Of a stretch of 64,000 nucleotides of DNA, positions 48,501 through 58,300 are shown one piece after another; position 1 is the first letter of the stretch, and each line of letters begins with the position of its first letter. The notes under the pieces were generated by a model. That model was not told the origin of the DNA. It worked only from the letters and a program-made list of their open reading frames with translations, and did not search any database. A program made the translations under genes and the position numbers. Source of the stretch: a virus; the IMG/VR virus record IMGVR_UViG_3300042294_002813, positions 1 through 64,000 of that record; one strand, 5' to 3'.

Positions 48501-50047
48501 GCAATATTTGAGTCAAGAGTTGCTGTTCTCGTAGTTTCATCATAGCTTACGATTGTTCTGGTCACTCCCGACAATGCACCATTTGCAATTCTTATGACCG
48601 AACCTAGATATGCGTTTGCAACGTTTGCTACAGTTTGTGCCGATGTTTCATTTGACACATTTGCTAGTACAATTTTATCATTTGATGTATTTGCAAATAT
48701 TGTTCCGGTTACATTTGAGAATGAAAAATCATTCAAATAAACTCTATATTTGTATGAATATGAATTTGCTGTATTTCCAGCACTATCATAGTCAACATTT
48801 ATTATTCTTGCTGTTCCAACTTTAGTCGCTGCGTATGAGGTTGGATTTACTGTATTAATTTGACCGCGAACAACCGAATGCAAATCAACAAGTTGCGGAC
48901 CAATTCCAGAATCATCTATTTTGAAAAATCCGGTTGATGTTGCGCCGCCAGTAGAATTTGCATTTGTCGCAACAACATAATTTCCATAATTCAATGATAG
49001 TGGATAATTATTTACATTCGAAGATTGTCTTGATCTTTCAACATCTAGATTGAATGAACTATATGTTTCATATTCAAATCCTTGAACATAAGCTTTTCCA
49101 GGACTTAATGTTGCAGTAAATAGCTCCGCATTTGGAGTTGTGTTTGCATGATCTCTCAATCGAATTGTGAATGGTCTGACTGTGTAGCTACCCGACTCGT
49201 CATTTGTTCTTCTTGCTAGTGTTTTTTCCAACTCGGAATAAATTGGATACTTGACAATATTCTTGATGTATCCGTCTTCAACACGAAGAAGTTCAATGAA
49301 CTGGCTATCATCGGTACTATCAAGTGTGCGCTTGGCAAGAGTTAGAGTTATCTTGTAGCGAGAAGCGCCTGGAGCCTGATAATTTGATGCTTCTAATGCA
49401 GGATCAAGAAGAGATGTATCTGATGTTGGAAGAACAATGCTTTTGTCTAGTTCTAATCCAACACGATATGATGGAGATGTTGAATACTTGTCGAGAATGA
49501 TCGTTTGTGCTTCAACTCTTGAAAAATATCCATCGACAAACATTACACCTTCAGAAATACTTGCAACTGTTCCTAGACCTTCTGGTCCAGAAATTACTGC
49601 AAAGTTTGATGTGTTTGATGCCTTGATCGTATCATTTGCGAAAGTGTCTCCAGAAATATAATTGACCATCAATACTGGAGATGAACCGGTTTCATATGTC
49701 AACACAAACGCTGTTGCTTGAGTTGTTGCTGTGTTTGTTGTATTATTGACATACTTGCGATCAAAATTTGCAACCGTGATATCTGAACCAATATATTGGG
49801 ATGATAGATTTAGAGCCGTCGCCTTTGACGTTGAAATTTGTGCTCCAGTTACAATACTTCCATTCTTGAAAACGTGATCTCCAAAACGTTGAACCTGTTT
49901 TTGAAGAATTGTTTGTAGCTGGGTTAATTCGCGAGCCTGAACAGCATAACCTGGACGAAACAGGATATTATAGAAATCCTTTGTCTCATCGTAGTCATTA
50001 TAGTATGGAGAATCTACTGCTTCTGTGGGTACAATCTTATCTACCAT
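45551..50047 (-). CDS. Virion structural protein, N-terminal part of a DUF4815/VrlC-like baseplate protein
   Basis: PYYNDYD..ILFRPGYAVQARELTQLQ, APGASRY, LARRTNDESGSY, NKRYTMRDIG.LEKRIENLEYYT. Confidence 0.85.
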   Translation of the reverse strand: MVDKIVPTEAVDSPYYNDYDETKDFYNILFRPGYAVQARELTQLQTILQKQVQRFGDHVFKNGSIVTGAQISTSKATALNLSSQYIGSDITVANFDRKYVNNTTNTATTQATAFVLTYETGSSPVLMVNYISGDTFANDTIKASNTSNFAVISGPEGLGTVASISEGVMFVDGYFSRVEAQTIILDKYSTSPSYRVGLELDKSIVLPTSDTSLLDPALEASNYQAPGASRYKITLTLAKRTLDSTDDSQFIELLRVEDGYIKNIVKYPIYSELEKTLARRTNDESGSYTVRPFTIRLRDHANTTPNAELFTATLSPGKAYVQGFEYETYSSFNLDVERSRQSSNVNNYPLSLNYGNYVVATNANSTGGATSTGFFKIDDSGIGPQLVDLHSVVRGQINTVNPTSYAATKVGTARIINVDYDSAGNTANSYSYKYRVYLNDFSFSNVTGTIFANTSNDKIVLANVSNETSAQTVANVANAYLGSVIRIANGALSGVTRTIVSYDETTRTATLDSNIAISTAQANADRWSIDFSSRDIKSMANIVTGTPVSIGGSMDVDASSKYGSNTVITDPRYNKLLFELPQNYVKQGITDQTYDYFKVLGTAVSFTSGTTGSISAGVGEVFLANGTQSTTQALENFIVVIRDNLGSTIGANGAILPMTTGSASIVVNNGGTPTATFTAPQANTFIADILAKVSITSGSKINEKLKTLVTSNSTHIQTQGGTANATFANVSIYSAAGQVHLSAPNKTPGQKDSLYTSDVYEINKIYDIGSAAFTSGTVLSSYNDITSRYSLDNGQRDDHYDHGGIVFLPGNSPPTGNVVVCFSYFKHETGGSDGLGYFSVDSYPYYNNIPQYTSASSGETYDLRDCIDFRPRRQDNSNTSPGYTLQTFRVGLPNEEFSADYQYYLARKDKIVLTKDRLFSVVKGVSSLNPVPPREPEGSMVLYNLTIAPYTASPANVIVKYVENKRYTMRDIGSLEKRIENLEYYTALNLVEKDTEIMSIKDVNGLDRTKNGILVDSFKGHSVGDVRNIDYKCSIDTRTEELRPSTNTNSHYLDYDFSASTGLTYKSGLVLLPYTTEEMIVQNVSSQTVEVQPYLFARFIGSVQLIPQSDFYFNKYDLPDVVVNYTGENDGYSSLQSALSGTTSAFDAEFGHWETRSTGAEIVTNDVNEQGRNGLQIWENGVNRTTTFGGYQNGFLRRSSFDQISQTVNDRVVNLGVTPIMRQIDIDFVATSLRPRKVVYYYFDDVNVTNYVQRANELVFSGNNFFDKADGERITSGSGNTANVILSKTLSSSNVAYVADVSGNVIAGQTWTGARSSNTGIVVEYRHYSGTARSANSTTINLAFDAANTDSWYVGNTIYFVDGLGVGSSYTIDAYIGSTRSARNTAGFSVTPGSNTRYSIGDSKTNEFGQLAGTFVVPSNSTLKFRTGERMFRISNLANGSANGATTVGESKFYAQGLIGVSVGVTATRLPEPTYNPVYENNYNDPDPMGAQQSGPNF

Positions 50048-50056
50048 CTTTTATCC

Positions 50057-51379
50057 TTAGTACTTTATGACTATTTTCATTAATTCTGCCTGATCATCCG
50101 TTCTGGATATAGGTGTTATATTGTCTATGTATATGACATGCCCAGAGCGATTTTTTAATTCGGGATTTATTATCGATGCAATAAATCGATTTGCTCCGGA
50201 TGTTTGTCCATTTAAAGTTGTGGCTGTTGGTGTTCCAGTATATTCACTGACTTTCATTATATTCGTTGATGTATTCCACGATAAAACACGAGCACTAAAA
50301 GTTGCTAAATCTAAAGATGATCCTTGATACACATATTCGTCAGAAACATAATCAGGCCCTGCTCCTGCAATTGCTAATGTTAGCGTTTGAGAAAATACAG
50401 TATTTGTAAAAGCGTTTGAAGAACCGTATATCAAAGGATCTTTTATAATACTCACTTGTCTATAATCATTATTTGCAATCAAAACACCATCTTCATCACC
50501 ATCTACCCTTACACTCATTATAATATTTGAGCCGCCAAGTTCATAAACTGGATTTTTTCCATGACCGCCAGGAGGACCAATTATTGCGCGAGCAACTGCA
50601 CCAGAACCCCCACCACCTGAAATTGTAACATTTGCCGTAGTGTAGTTCGTTCCTCTTGTCGTTACAATCACATTTGCTATTGTGTTGCTTGTGGTATTAA
50701 CGTAAGCGACTGCTGTGGCGTCTAAACCATCTCCCGAAATAGAAACAGTAATGTTTGATGTATTTGTATAATTTGAACCGCCGTTTGAAACTAAAATGAT
50801 ATCAATGGCACCATCAACTGCTGCCGTTTGCACTGCGTACTGTTGTGAGGCATCGTCTAGTGTTAGTGTTTTGACTGGCATCCATTCATCAGTTAAAAAC
50901 TTCTGTCTTTCTTTCGTATTTAACGTGTACATATATTTCCAAACATAACCATCAGCTTCTGTACTAGCAAAATTTGAAATAACGTATGTTGGCTTCGCCG
51001 TTGAATTTGCAGAATTGTTATTATAAAGACATTTATAGACATTATATTCATCAGTTATGACGTAAAAATTTGTATTTGCATCAAACAAAGTGCTAGATGT
51101 ATCATCATAGTTTTGATACACCGTGTTTGTTGTCCAATTTTTTCTAGGAATGGCTAACGATATATCATTTCCAGTTATTTTTTTTCCACCAATCAAATTT
51201 CTCCAAACATCATCTCGATCACTTACAGAATCTACTGCTGTATTAGGTAAAGAGTCGTTTGCCCATGGAGTATTTTTACCATATCCTATGTACAGTACAG
51301 TTGCAGCAGGCTCTGAAACTGATTCCAGAAGCTGTTCTGCGGAATTAATTCTAAGATTTTTTGTAGTTATAGCTGTCAT
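50057..51379 (-). CDS. gp8: Baseplate wedge subunit
   Basis: IPRKNW, VYKCLYN, DGYVWKYMYT, PPGGHG, NDYRQVSII, YIDNI.PI.R. Confidence 0.9.
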   Translation of the reverse strand: MTAITTKNLRINSAEQLLESVSEPAATVLYIGYGKNTPWANDSLPNTAVDSVSDRDDVWRNLIGGKKITGNDISLAIPRKNWTTNTVYQNYDDTSSTLFDANTNFYVITDEYNVYKCLYNNNSANSTAKPTYVISNFASTEADGYVWKYMYTLNTKERQKFLTDEWMPVKTLTLDDASQQYAVQTAAVDGAIDIILVSNGGSNYTNTSNITVSISGDGLDATAVAYVNTTSNTIANVIVTTRGTNYTTANVTISGGGGSGAVARAIIGPPGGHGKNPVYELGGSNIIMSVRVDGDEDGVLIANNDYRQVSIIKDPLIYGSSNAFTNTVFSQTLTLAIAGAGPDYVSDEYVYQGSSLDLATFSARVLSWNTSTNIMKVSEYTGTPTATTLNGQTSGANRFIASIINPELKNRSGHVIYIDNITPISRTDDQAELMKIVIKY

Positions 51380-51406
51380 ATAGAAAAACTCTATTGTAAT
51401 TTGTAT

Positions 51407-54400
51407 TTATGCAGGTTCACTTGAAGTATTTGAACAATTAGTTATGTTGTTTGCAAATGTGAAGTTGTTGGCTATGCCACTATTTGTGTTTGCAAACAGG
51501 CCATTGCTCTTTAGATAAATTGAAGGTGTTATATTCAAATTAACTCTTCCCATATAACCATTTGAGGCTTGCATGTTGCTTGGTAATAGAACTCCATTAG
51601 CACCAATAAAGAAAGTTCTGATTGTTGTATTTGCAATATCTGCATAATTATTTGAAAACCAAAATTCAGATAAGCAACCACGATATGAACGTGTAAGATT
51701 TGGTTCAGATCCTATAGAAACATTGCTTCCAGTATAGTCTATCTGGCCAAAATTTATTAAATCTAGTCTAGTTGAATTGATATCATTTAGATAGACTTTA
51801 CATGCTGAATTTGAAGATAAATCCCATGTTGCAACAAAATGATTCCATGTATTTTTAAATATCAAAGTTGACGTATTTGTCGTTAGTTCTAGAAGAGGAA
51901 GATTTGCTGCATTTCTCGCGGTAATTCTTATTATATCACCGTCTGTATTTTGTGTAATTGGATATGCAAGAGGGGCAAGAACATCGCCATCGCCCAACAA
52001 AGCTTCTACTGTTATATTAGCATCTACCCCAGCACCCTCTATTGATAAAATTGGAAATGCATTCGCATCATAACCAAATCCACCAACAATATGACCGGAA
52101 TCTGTTGTATATGGAGTTAGTTCTGTTCTGATAATAGAACCAGAAGCATTCACAATTGCTTTTGCATTTGCACCAAAGCCATATCCACCAACAACGTTTG
52201 TGAATATTATTTTTGCATTATTTGAATAACCGGATCCCGCAGAATTAATTTTCAATCGACCGATTATACCAAGAGCCTTTATCATTGAATTGCCAGAAGC
52301 TTCTGCTGTTGTCGATAGAATATTGTATCCAGCTCCAGGATCATTCAATGCAACTAGATAAATTGGACCTGTATTCGCATATTCGAAATAGGTCAAAGTT
52401 GTTAACAACGATGTATTTGCATTTCCACCAGAAGAATTGCTATAAGCACCAATTGCAGTCAAATTATAAGTGTTTATAACATCAGAATTTATATTGTAAG
52501 TATTTGGATGAACACTTCCATCATCTAGAACTTGCACAATTGTTGCATTTGCAGAAGTTCCTGTTCCAGATATGACTATCGTATCATTTGGAAATTTTCT
52601 AAATCCGGCACCACCAGAGATAACAACAAGATCGGCAATTTTTCCTAATAATGTATTTGCTCTTTTTGTCAACGATACAGAGAATCGTTGTGATGTCTGT
52701 GAATTGGAGTTATTTGAAATAGAAAATATTGTTTGGTCATTTGCAAAACTAGTTGGTCTAAACCAAAAGCTTATTGTTCCGGTTGAACCATTTGATGTAT
52801 TTCCCAATGCTTCAGTTTTATACAAAATGGAATTTGAACCATTAAAATCAATTGAATTTGTGACGTAAGGAATATAACTGCTTGTGTTAGATAAGCCAAC
52901 ATTTATTGTATCATCAACTACTGGTTCTGAAATATAAAGATATTCACCAAATAGCTTCAATCCTGCAGGATGAATATAATTCAACGCATATTGCTTATAT
53001 TCATTCAACGCTCTTTTTACTTTTATAACATAACTAAAATTCTGATAATAATCTCTATTTTCAAGATAGTTTGAACTACTCAACAATCCCGTATCGTCTT
53101 TAAATCTTCCCGGATAAGTATATGTTCCTACCGTTAGTGTAACATTTGCTGTTGCAAGACCATCACCGCTATTTGTAAAATCAAGAGTTGGCGGAGTAAC
53201 ATAACCCACCCCTCTATTTGTAATTGTTAATTCTTCAATTACTCCGATAGATCCTGTATTAGAAGTAAGTTCATCGCCAAATCCAAGAAGTGCAGAAACA
53301 ACTATATTAGCACCCGAGCCAGATCCGCTAATTGATACATTTGGAAGATGTGTCATGCTATATCCAGCACCACCTATCAAATGACCAGGACCTAAAAGAG
53401 TCAAATTTGTACCGATAATTGTTCCTGTAGCATTTGTTACTACATTTCCATTTGCACCATATCCAAACCCACCAGGAATATTCGTAAATATTAATGTTGC
53501 CCCATTCGAATAGCCGGTTCCGCCGTCATTGATCTTTAATCTACCAATAATACCTAGATTTTTTATTCTTGTATTTGCTTCTATGGATGCTGTCGGTAAT
53601 GACGTATAATTATTTCCTCCACTAGAAACTCTAATAGCCACTACAGGACCGGTATTTGAATAAGCAAAAAAAGTCAACGTATTAACTAGAGCAGTATTTG
53701 CATTTCCACCAGAAGAATTGCTATAAGCACCAATTGTAGTCAAATTATAAGTGTTTATAACATCAGAATTTATATTGTAAGTATTTGGATGAACACTATT
53801 ATCAGTAAGAACTTGAATTACATTTGCATTTGCTCCTGCGCCACCGCCGCCCGAAAACAAAATAAAATCTGAGACTCTAAATCCTGCACCACCAGATATA
53901 ACCGAAACATTTGAAATATTTCCTGAAGAAACATCAGATATAATTACGGAACCACCAGAACCACCACCACCCACAACTGGTATTGAAGTTCCTATTGTAT
54001 AGCCTGAACCACCATTTGTTAGTGCTACACTTGAAATAAATCCACTTAGAATATCTGCCGATAGCGTTTCATTATTAGCATTTTTTATGAAAACTTGTTC
54101 TCCTGAAATAAAATCGCCATTTTTATTAGAAATGAAAAATTCATTTATTTTCGTTCCGCTTTCATATGAAACAAAAATTCTTTCAACAAAAGCTGATGCT
54201 TGTGATGTGTTTCCAACTACTTTCGTGCTTTCAAACTTTTTTAAATTAATAATAGAATCGTCTACAATTTCATTTATTTCAATATTAGACAAACGAATGG
54301 ATTGCTCAACAAGCCATTTTCCAGAAGATGCTATTAGAATATCATTTTTTGGATAATATAATTCTGGATCTTCGTTGAATAATAATCTAAAGAAAAAATT

Positions 54401-54739
54401 ATATGATTTTTCAGTACCTTTAGCTCTATAAAAATCTTTTATATTTTTTAGTAATTTTGATTTATCAGAAGATACTTCTTTTGGTATTAGAGTTAAAAAT
54501 TCATTGTATAAATGATCATTAAATTCAGTTAATCCAGTATCTGTAATTTTATCTGTATCAAAATATTTTGTAAGATTTTTTGCTCTTTCAACTGTTTTTC
54601 CATACGATAAAACAGTATTTGACTGTTCAAGATATTCATAATATGCTTTCACAAATGCTATGAAAGTGGGATGATCTGAACGAACAAATTCGGGTAATTG
54701 ACTACTTACAACAGTAGAAATCTTGTTGTTTGTTGTCAT
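51407..54739 (-). CDS. Baseplate wedge subunit (gp7-like) with internal duplication and LamG-like C-terminal domain
   Basis: QLPEFVR, FVKAYYEYLE, IKDFYRAKGT, YYQNFSYVIK, IHPAGLK; TISFWFRP..WNHFVATW..GCLSEF. Confidence 0.8.
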   Translation of the reverse strand: MTTNNKISTVVSSQLPEFVRSDHPTFIAFVKAYYEYLEQSNTVLSYGKTVERAKNLTKYFDTDKITDTGLTEFNDHLYNEFLTLIPKEVSSDKSKLLKNIKDFYRAKGTEKSYNFFFRLLFNEDPELYYPKNDILIASSGKWLVEQSIRLSNIEINEIVDDSIINLKKFESTKVVGNTSQASAFVERIFVSYESGTKINEFFISNKNGDFISGEQVFIKNANNETLSADILSGFISSVALTNGGSGYTIGTSIPVVGGGGSGGSVIISDVSSGNISNVSVISGGAGFRVSDFILFSGGGGAGANANVIQVLTDNSVHPNTYNINSDVINTYNLTTIGAYSNSSGGNANTALVNTLTFFAYSNTGPVVAIRVSSGGNNYTSLPTASIEANTRIKNLGIIGRLKINDGGTGYSNGATLIFTNIPGGFGYGANGNVVTNATGTIIGTNLTLLGPGHLIGGAGYSMTHLPNVSISGSGSGANIVVSALLGFGDELTSNTGSIGVIEELTITNRGVGYVTPPTLDFTNSGDGLATANVTLTVGTYTYPGRFKDDTGLLSSSNYLENRDYYQNFSYVIKVKRALNEYKQYALNYIHPAGLKLFGEYLYISEPVVDDTINVGLSNTSSYIPYVTNSIDFNGSNSILYKTEALGNTSNGSTGTISFWFRPTSFANDQTIFSISNNSNSQTSQRFSVSLTKRANTLLGKIADLVVISGGAGFRKFPNDTIVISGTGTSANATIVQVLDDGSVHPNTYNINSDVINTYNLTAIGAYSNSSGGNANTSLLTTLTYFEYANTGPIYLVALNDPGAGYNILSTTAEASGNSMIKALGIIGRLKINSAGSGYSNNAKIIFTNVVGGYGFGANAKAIVNASGSIIRTELTPYTTDSGHIVGGFGYDANAFPILSIEGAGVDANITVEALLGDGDVLAPLAYPITQNTDGDIIRITARNAANLPLLELTTNTSTLIFKNTWNHFVATWDLSSNSACKVYLNDINSTRLDLINFGQIDYTGSNVSIGSEPNLTRSYRGCLSEFWFSNNYADIANTTIRTFFIGANGVLLPSNMQASNGYMGRVNLNITPSIYLKSNGLFANTNSGIANNFTFANNITNCSNTSSEPA
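52413..53797. repeat. 104-bp near-identical direct repeat (52413-52516 and 53694-53797)
   Basis: Copies differ at a single position; each encodes SVHPNTYNINSDVINTYNLT(T/A)IGAYSNSSGGNANT. Confidence 0.92.
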
Positions 54740-56817
54740 TCGATTTCATTCTCCATGACAATCTGGATTGCTGTTGAATCTTCAGAATCAATTGAAAGTA
54801 GTCTATTTCTCAACGGTTGCAATGTTTTTTGAAGAGGATAGGCATTTAAAGTTAAAATGCCCAAATCATAATTAGGATTAGTTGCAATTGAAATTGGTTT
54901 AAAATTGTATATGTTTATTCTACCTGTTCTGTAATTTATATCGCCAAAATTACTATTCAATATCACTTTTTCTCCAGTTGTTGAAGCAATGTAGTAGGCT
55001 CTAAGAGTTCCTACTTCCTCTGAAAGAATAGGTATTGCTACGGCCCCAGAACCTGTAGAATCAGTAATCGCGATTGTTGCTCCAGAATAATCGGATCCTT
55101 TATTAATAATTTCTACTGAAATTATTTTACCGTTTACAACGACTGCTTTTCCTGTAGCCCCCGCACCATCGCCAGTTATTGTGACTGTGGGACTGTCTGA
55201 ATATCCAGATCCAGAATTTGTTACTGAAACACTGTCGACGCCTGTAAAAGATAGGGGTGTCTCTTCTATAAGAGCATCTCTTTCGACACCAAATCCATCA
55301 TAAATCTTAAAGGTTGGATAAGAATAAAGTTTTTCACTATAAAGTCCGCGACTCAAAGGAACGTTGAAATTTATTTCATAGTTTTTTTGTTGAGTAGTGG
55401 ATGGCTGGAATCTTTTTTGAACAATAGTTGAAACGTCAGTTCCTAAAAATGAATTTTCTGAAAGAGTTATCAAGTTTTGTAATTTTGACGAACGATATGT
55501 AGAATTAAATTTTTCTAAATCAGTATCATTATAAGTCGTTATCGTATTTGTCACAATATTTTTTAATTGATTTTCATCATTTGTTGTCTGATTTGAATCA
55601 TAGTTTACTTTTATTTCTAATTTTAGATAAAGATATTCTGGATCAACAATTTCTGCAGTAACTGTCAATACATTTCTATTTGCAACTAATTCGTTAATAA
55701 TTCTATCTTTTTCAATATTTGTAATCACATAACCAGACTTTGGCTTCATTGAAATGAATATTTTTCCATAAACTACAGGATCATTTTCTTCTCCACCCCA
55801 CACAGAAATTGTTTCTATGTTTGGATAATCTTTAAGAAGCAATGTTCCATAGTCATCTTTTGTGACTGCTCTGTTTTGCGCGGTATAGAATTTAGGAGCC
55901 AAAAACTTTATTCTATCAATAGTATCTCTTTGTGCTCCGCCAGCAGCTGCAGAAATTGAATTGACCACAACGTTTGAGAAATTCAAAATCGATGTCGTAA
56001 GAGTGAATGAATTTGCCTTGTTTGATACATCCCCGCTTGTTGACAAATACCTTAGCTGAACAATATTTCCGTCATCCAAATTTTTGCCGATATAACCATC
56101 ACCAAAATAAAGAGTATATCTATTAGCATCTGATTCTTCCAAGAAATATACTTTTGAATTTGAATCTAGAGTTGTTACATCATCGGCCAATAGATAAGTT
56201 GATTTTGTACTATCTGTATCTGAATTCTGTACAGTTACAAGCAATGTTGATGTATCAATGTTTGCTTCCGGAATTAGAAAGCGTCTTCTGGTGTTTGTTA
56301 CATCTACACCAACGTTGTATGAGATATTTTCACCCTGTGTTATCCGTACATTGCTAAAGGTGTATGTGTTTGACGTAACATTCTTGGATGCGGAATAAGC
56401 TTCCAAATTTACAAACGTATAGTTGGTTCCATCTATCTGTTCTGATTCAAATTGTGAGTATGCAGGTAGAGTTATCGTTGAATAGCCGCTGGTCGGAGTA
56501 GTATCTTCAACAACGATATTTACTTCTGCGCGCGAGCCTACCATAGAAGTTGGAACATAATTCAAATGCTTGGCGTGCGACACGACAGAATTTCTTAATA
56601 GCGCACTATCAAGAAACATTTCGTTTCCTACCATGTTTAGATAATATGCCATATAGTGAGTGTTGTATGCCAGAACATCAAGAAGAATATTTAATCCAGA
56701 ACCTTCAAAGTCATAATCTGTAAATTGATTTTGACTACGCAGATAATCTCTTAGATTGCCTTTGATCGTATCAAAGTCGAGTTCCGCAATTCTAAAAACA
56801 GTATTAGATGCTGCCAT
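54736..56817 (-). CDS. gp6: Baseplate wedge subunit
   Basis: LDFDTIK, FTDYDFEGSGL..LLDVLAYNTHY, QNRAVTKDDY, VWGGEEN. Confidence 0.95.
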   Translation of the reverse strand: MAASNTVFRIAELDFDTIKGNLRDYLRSQNQFTDYDFEGSGLNILLDVLAYNTHYMAYYLNMVGNEMFLDSALLRNSVVSHAKHLNYVPTSMVGSRAEVNIVVEDTTPTSGYSTITLPAYSQFESEQIDGTNYTFVNLEAYSASKNVTSNTYTFSNVRITQGENISYNVGVDVTNTRRRFLIPEANIDTSTLLVTVQNSDTDSTKSTYLLADDVTTLDSNSKVYFLEESDANRYTLYFGDGYIGKNLDDGNIVQLRYLSTSGDVSNKANSFTLTTSILNFSNVVVNSISAAAGGAQRDTIDRIKFLAPKFYTAQNRAVTKDDYGTLLLKDYPNIETISVWGGEENDPVVYGKIFISMKPKSGYVITNIEKDRIINELVANRNVLTVTAEIVDPEYLYLKLEIKVNYDSNQTTNDENQLKNIVTNTITTYNDTDLEKFNSTYRSSKLQNLITLSENSFLGTDVSTIVQKRFQPSTTQQKNYEINFNVPLSRGLYSEKLYSYPTFKIYDGFGVERDALIEETPLSFTGVDSVSVTNSGSGYSDSPTVTITGDGAGATGKAVVVNGKIISVEIINKGSDYSGATIAITDSTGSGAVAIPILSEEVGTLRAYYIASTTGEKVILNSNFGDINYRTGRINIYNFKPISIATNPNYDLGILTLNAYPLQKTLQPLRNRLLSIDSEDSTAIQIVMENEIE

Positions 56818-56818
56818 A

Positions 56819-57214
56819 TTATCTTACTCTTTCCAAAAATACGTTTATTGTTGTTGGAGTTGCTTGATTGACTATGTAAAATGATATAGAAACATCATAT
56901 CTATTCATATCTTCTTGGGCTTGTACAACCACATCGATAAGAGAAACTCGAGGATCAAAGTTGTTTATTACATCTTTGACGGCAGTTTTAATATTTTGAG
57001 CCGTCATAGCATTAACATTTTCAAACAATAATTGACGAATTACACCACCAACTTCAGGATGAAATGGTTTATCATAGTTGGCCATATTGACAAGATTTCG
57101 CAATGATCTAATTATTGCTTGATCACCAATGCGTGTCGCGACATCATTTGTTGCAGGATGTCGCGTGAAATTTAAGTCTAAATCTCTAAATGTTCTTGTG
57201 GATAAAGCTACCAT
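56819..57214 (-). CDS. gp25: Baseplate wedge subunit
   Basis: DLDLNF..HP, AIIRSLRNL, KPFHPEVG, FDPRV. Confidence 0.92.
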   Translation of the reverse strand: MVALSTRTFRDLDLNFTRHPATNDVATRIGDQAIIRSLRNLVNMANYDKPFHPEVGGVIRQLLFENVNAMTAQNIKTAVKDVINNFDPRVSLIDVVVQAQEDMNRYDVSISFYIVNQATPTTINVFLERVR

Positions 57215-57222
57215 GATTATAT

Positions 57223-57978
57223 TTATCGTGATAATTTAGATAGCAAACTAGTTTGCCCTATTTGATTTTCCAATATAAATCTGCCACACGGATCGTTATA
57301 CATATAGTCTAAAAGTGAAGATAGCGCAGCTTGTCTTAATGTTTCTAGTGCCTGATTAAAAAAGTTTTGATCGGCAGCTATTATTGCGGCAAGTGCCGCT
57401 TTGATAGAATTGACTTGATCCAATATTTCAGTCAAGTCGGCCAAGCAACCATTGATTTGCTCAATAAACGATGCTAACTGACTAGCATAACCATTAAGTT
57501 GCTCTCCGGAAAATAGTCCTGTCATATTACCTAGAACGCCCAAACAACCCGAAGCTTGATCGACAGTATTAACTAAATCTTTTATTGATCGTCCGACAGA
57601 CAATATTCTTTCAAGTCCTGGTGTTGCATTTCCAGCACTACCTGCTATTACTCCTGATAATGTATTGACATGTGTTGTAAAGGCGGTAACTTGCTCGGAC
57701 AATCCGCCAGTTCCAGTTAATGCGGTTGTCAGATTTGTTTTAGCTTCGGATGTATAATTTAAACATGTAGAATTTGATATTGCACTAACTATGCCGTTTA
57801 TCCCGCTAGATACTTGATTGATATTTTGTATGACCGGATTTCTAAAAAGTGATGCTTGACCGCTAGTAGCTATTTCTTCAAAAATATTTCTAACAGTTGG
57901 GTTTATTGGCAAATTACCAATCGCTGTTGCTACCTCTGGAATAGGCACAATGCTTGGAATTGGAAAACCTATTGTCAT
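57223..57978 (-). CDS. Hypothetical helical protein between PAAR and gp25
   Basis: 251-aa Ala/Gly/Ser-rich amphipathic ORF. Confidence 0.6.
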   Translation of the reverse strand: MTIGFPIPSIVPIPEVATAIGNLPINPTVRNIFEEIATSGQASLFRNPVIQNINQVSSGINGIVSAISNSTCLNYTSEAKTNLTTALTGTGGLSEQVTAFTTHVNTLSGVIAGSAGNATPGLERILSVGRSIKDLVNTVDQASGCLGVLGNMTGLFSGEQLNGYASQLASFIEQINGCLADLTEILDQVNSIKAALAAIIAADQNFFNQALETLRQAALSSLLDYMYNDPCGRFILENQIGQTSLLSKLSR

Positions 57979-57999
57979 ATTATTTTTTCTCCTATCATA

Positions 58000-58287
58000 T
58001 TATCCTGCAAAGCAAGTTCCGGCACCAGTTAAAATTGTAGAACCGCAATCTATAGGATCGCCAACTCTACTACATTGAAATCCATTAATGTATACGGTTC
58101 CCGATCCTGATGCCAAAATTCCATCGTGACATCCTTGATTTGGACAACAATGTGAAACCCAATGATCACCCTGTCTATGAACACCTAGACCCTCAACATA
58201 AACGTCACCACTTGCCGTATCATTCGGCCTTTGGGGCCAACACCCATGACCCGTACATATATCACCCAATCTAGAAATTGCAGGCAT
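58000..58287 (-). CDS. PAAR spike-tip protein (gp5.4-like)
   Basis: MPAISRLGD..GH, HRQGD, SRVGDPIDCG; Cys/His-rich. Confidence 0.92.
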   Translation of the reverse strand: MPAISRLGDICTGHGCWPQRPNDTASGDVYVEGLGVHRQGDHWVSHCCPNQGCHDGILASGSGTVYINGFQCSRVGDPIDCGSTILTGAGTCFAG

Positions 58288-58300
58288 TTTTCATTCCATC

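Noticed and set aside
52413-53797. 104-bp repeat pair as a DGR template/variable repeat
   Set aside because: Only one mismatch, both copies internal to the same CDS, and no reverse transcriptase in the window
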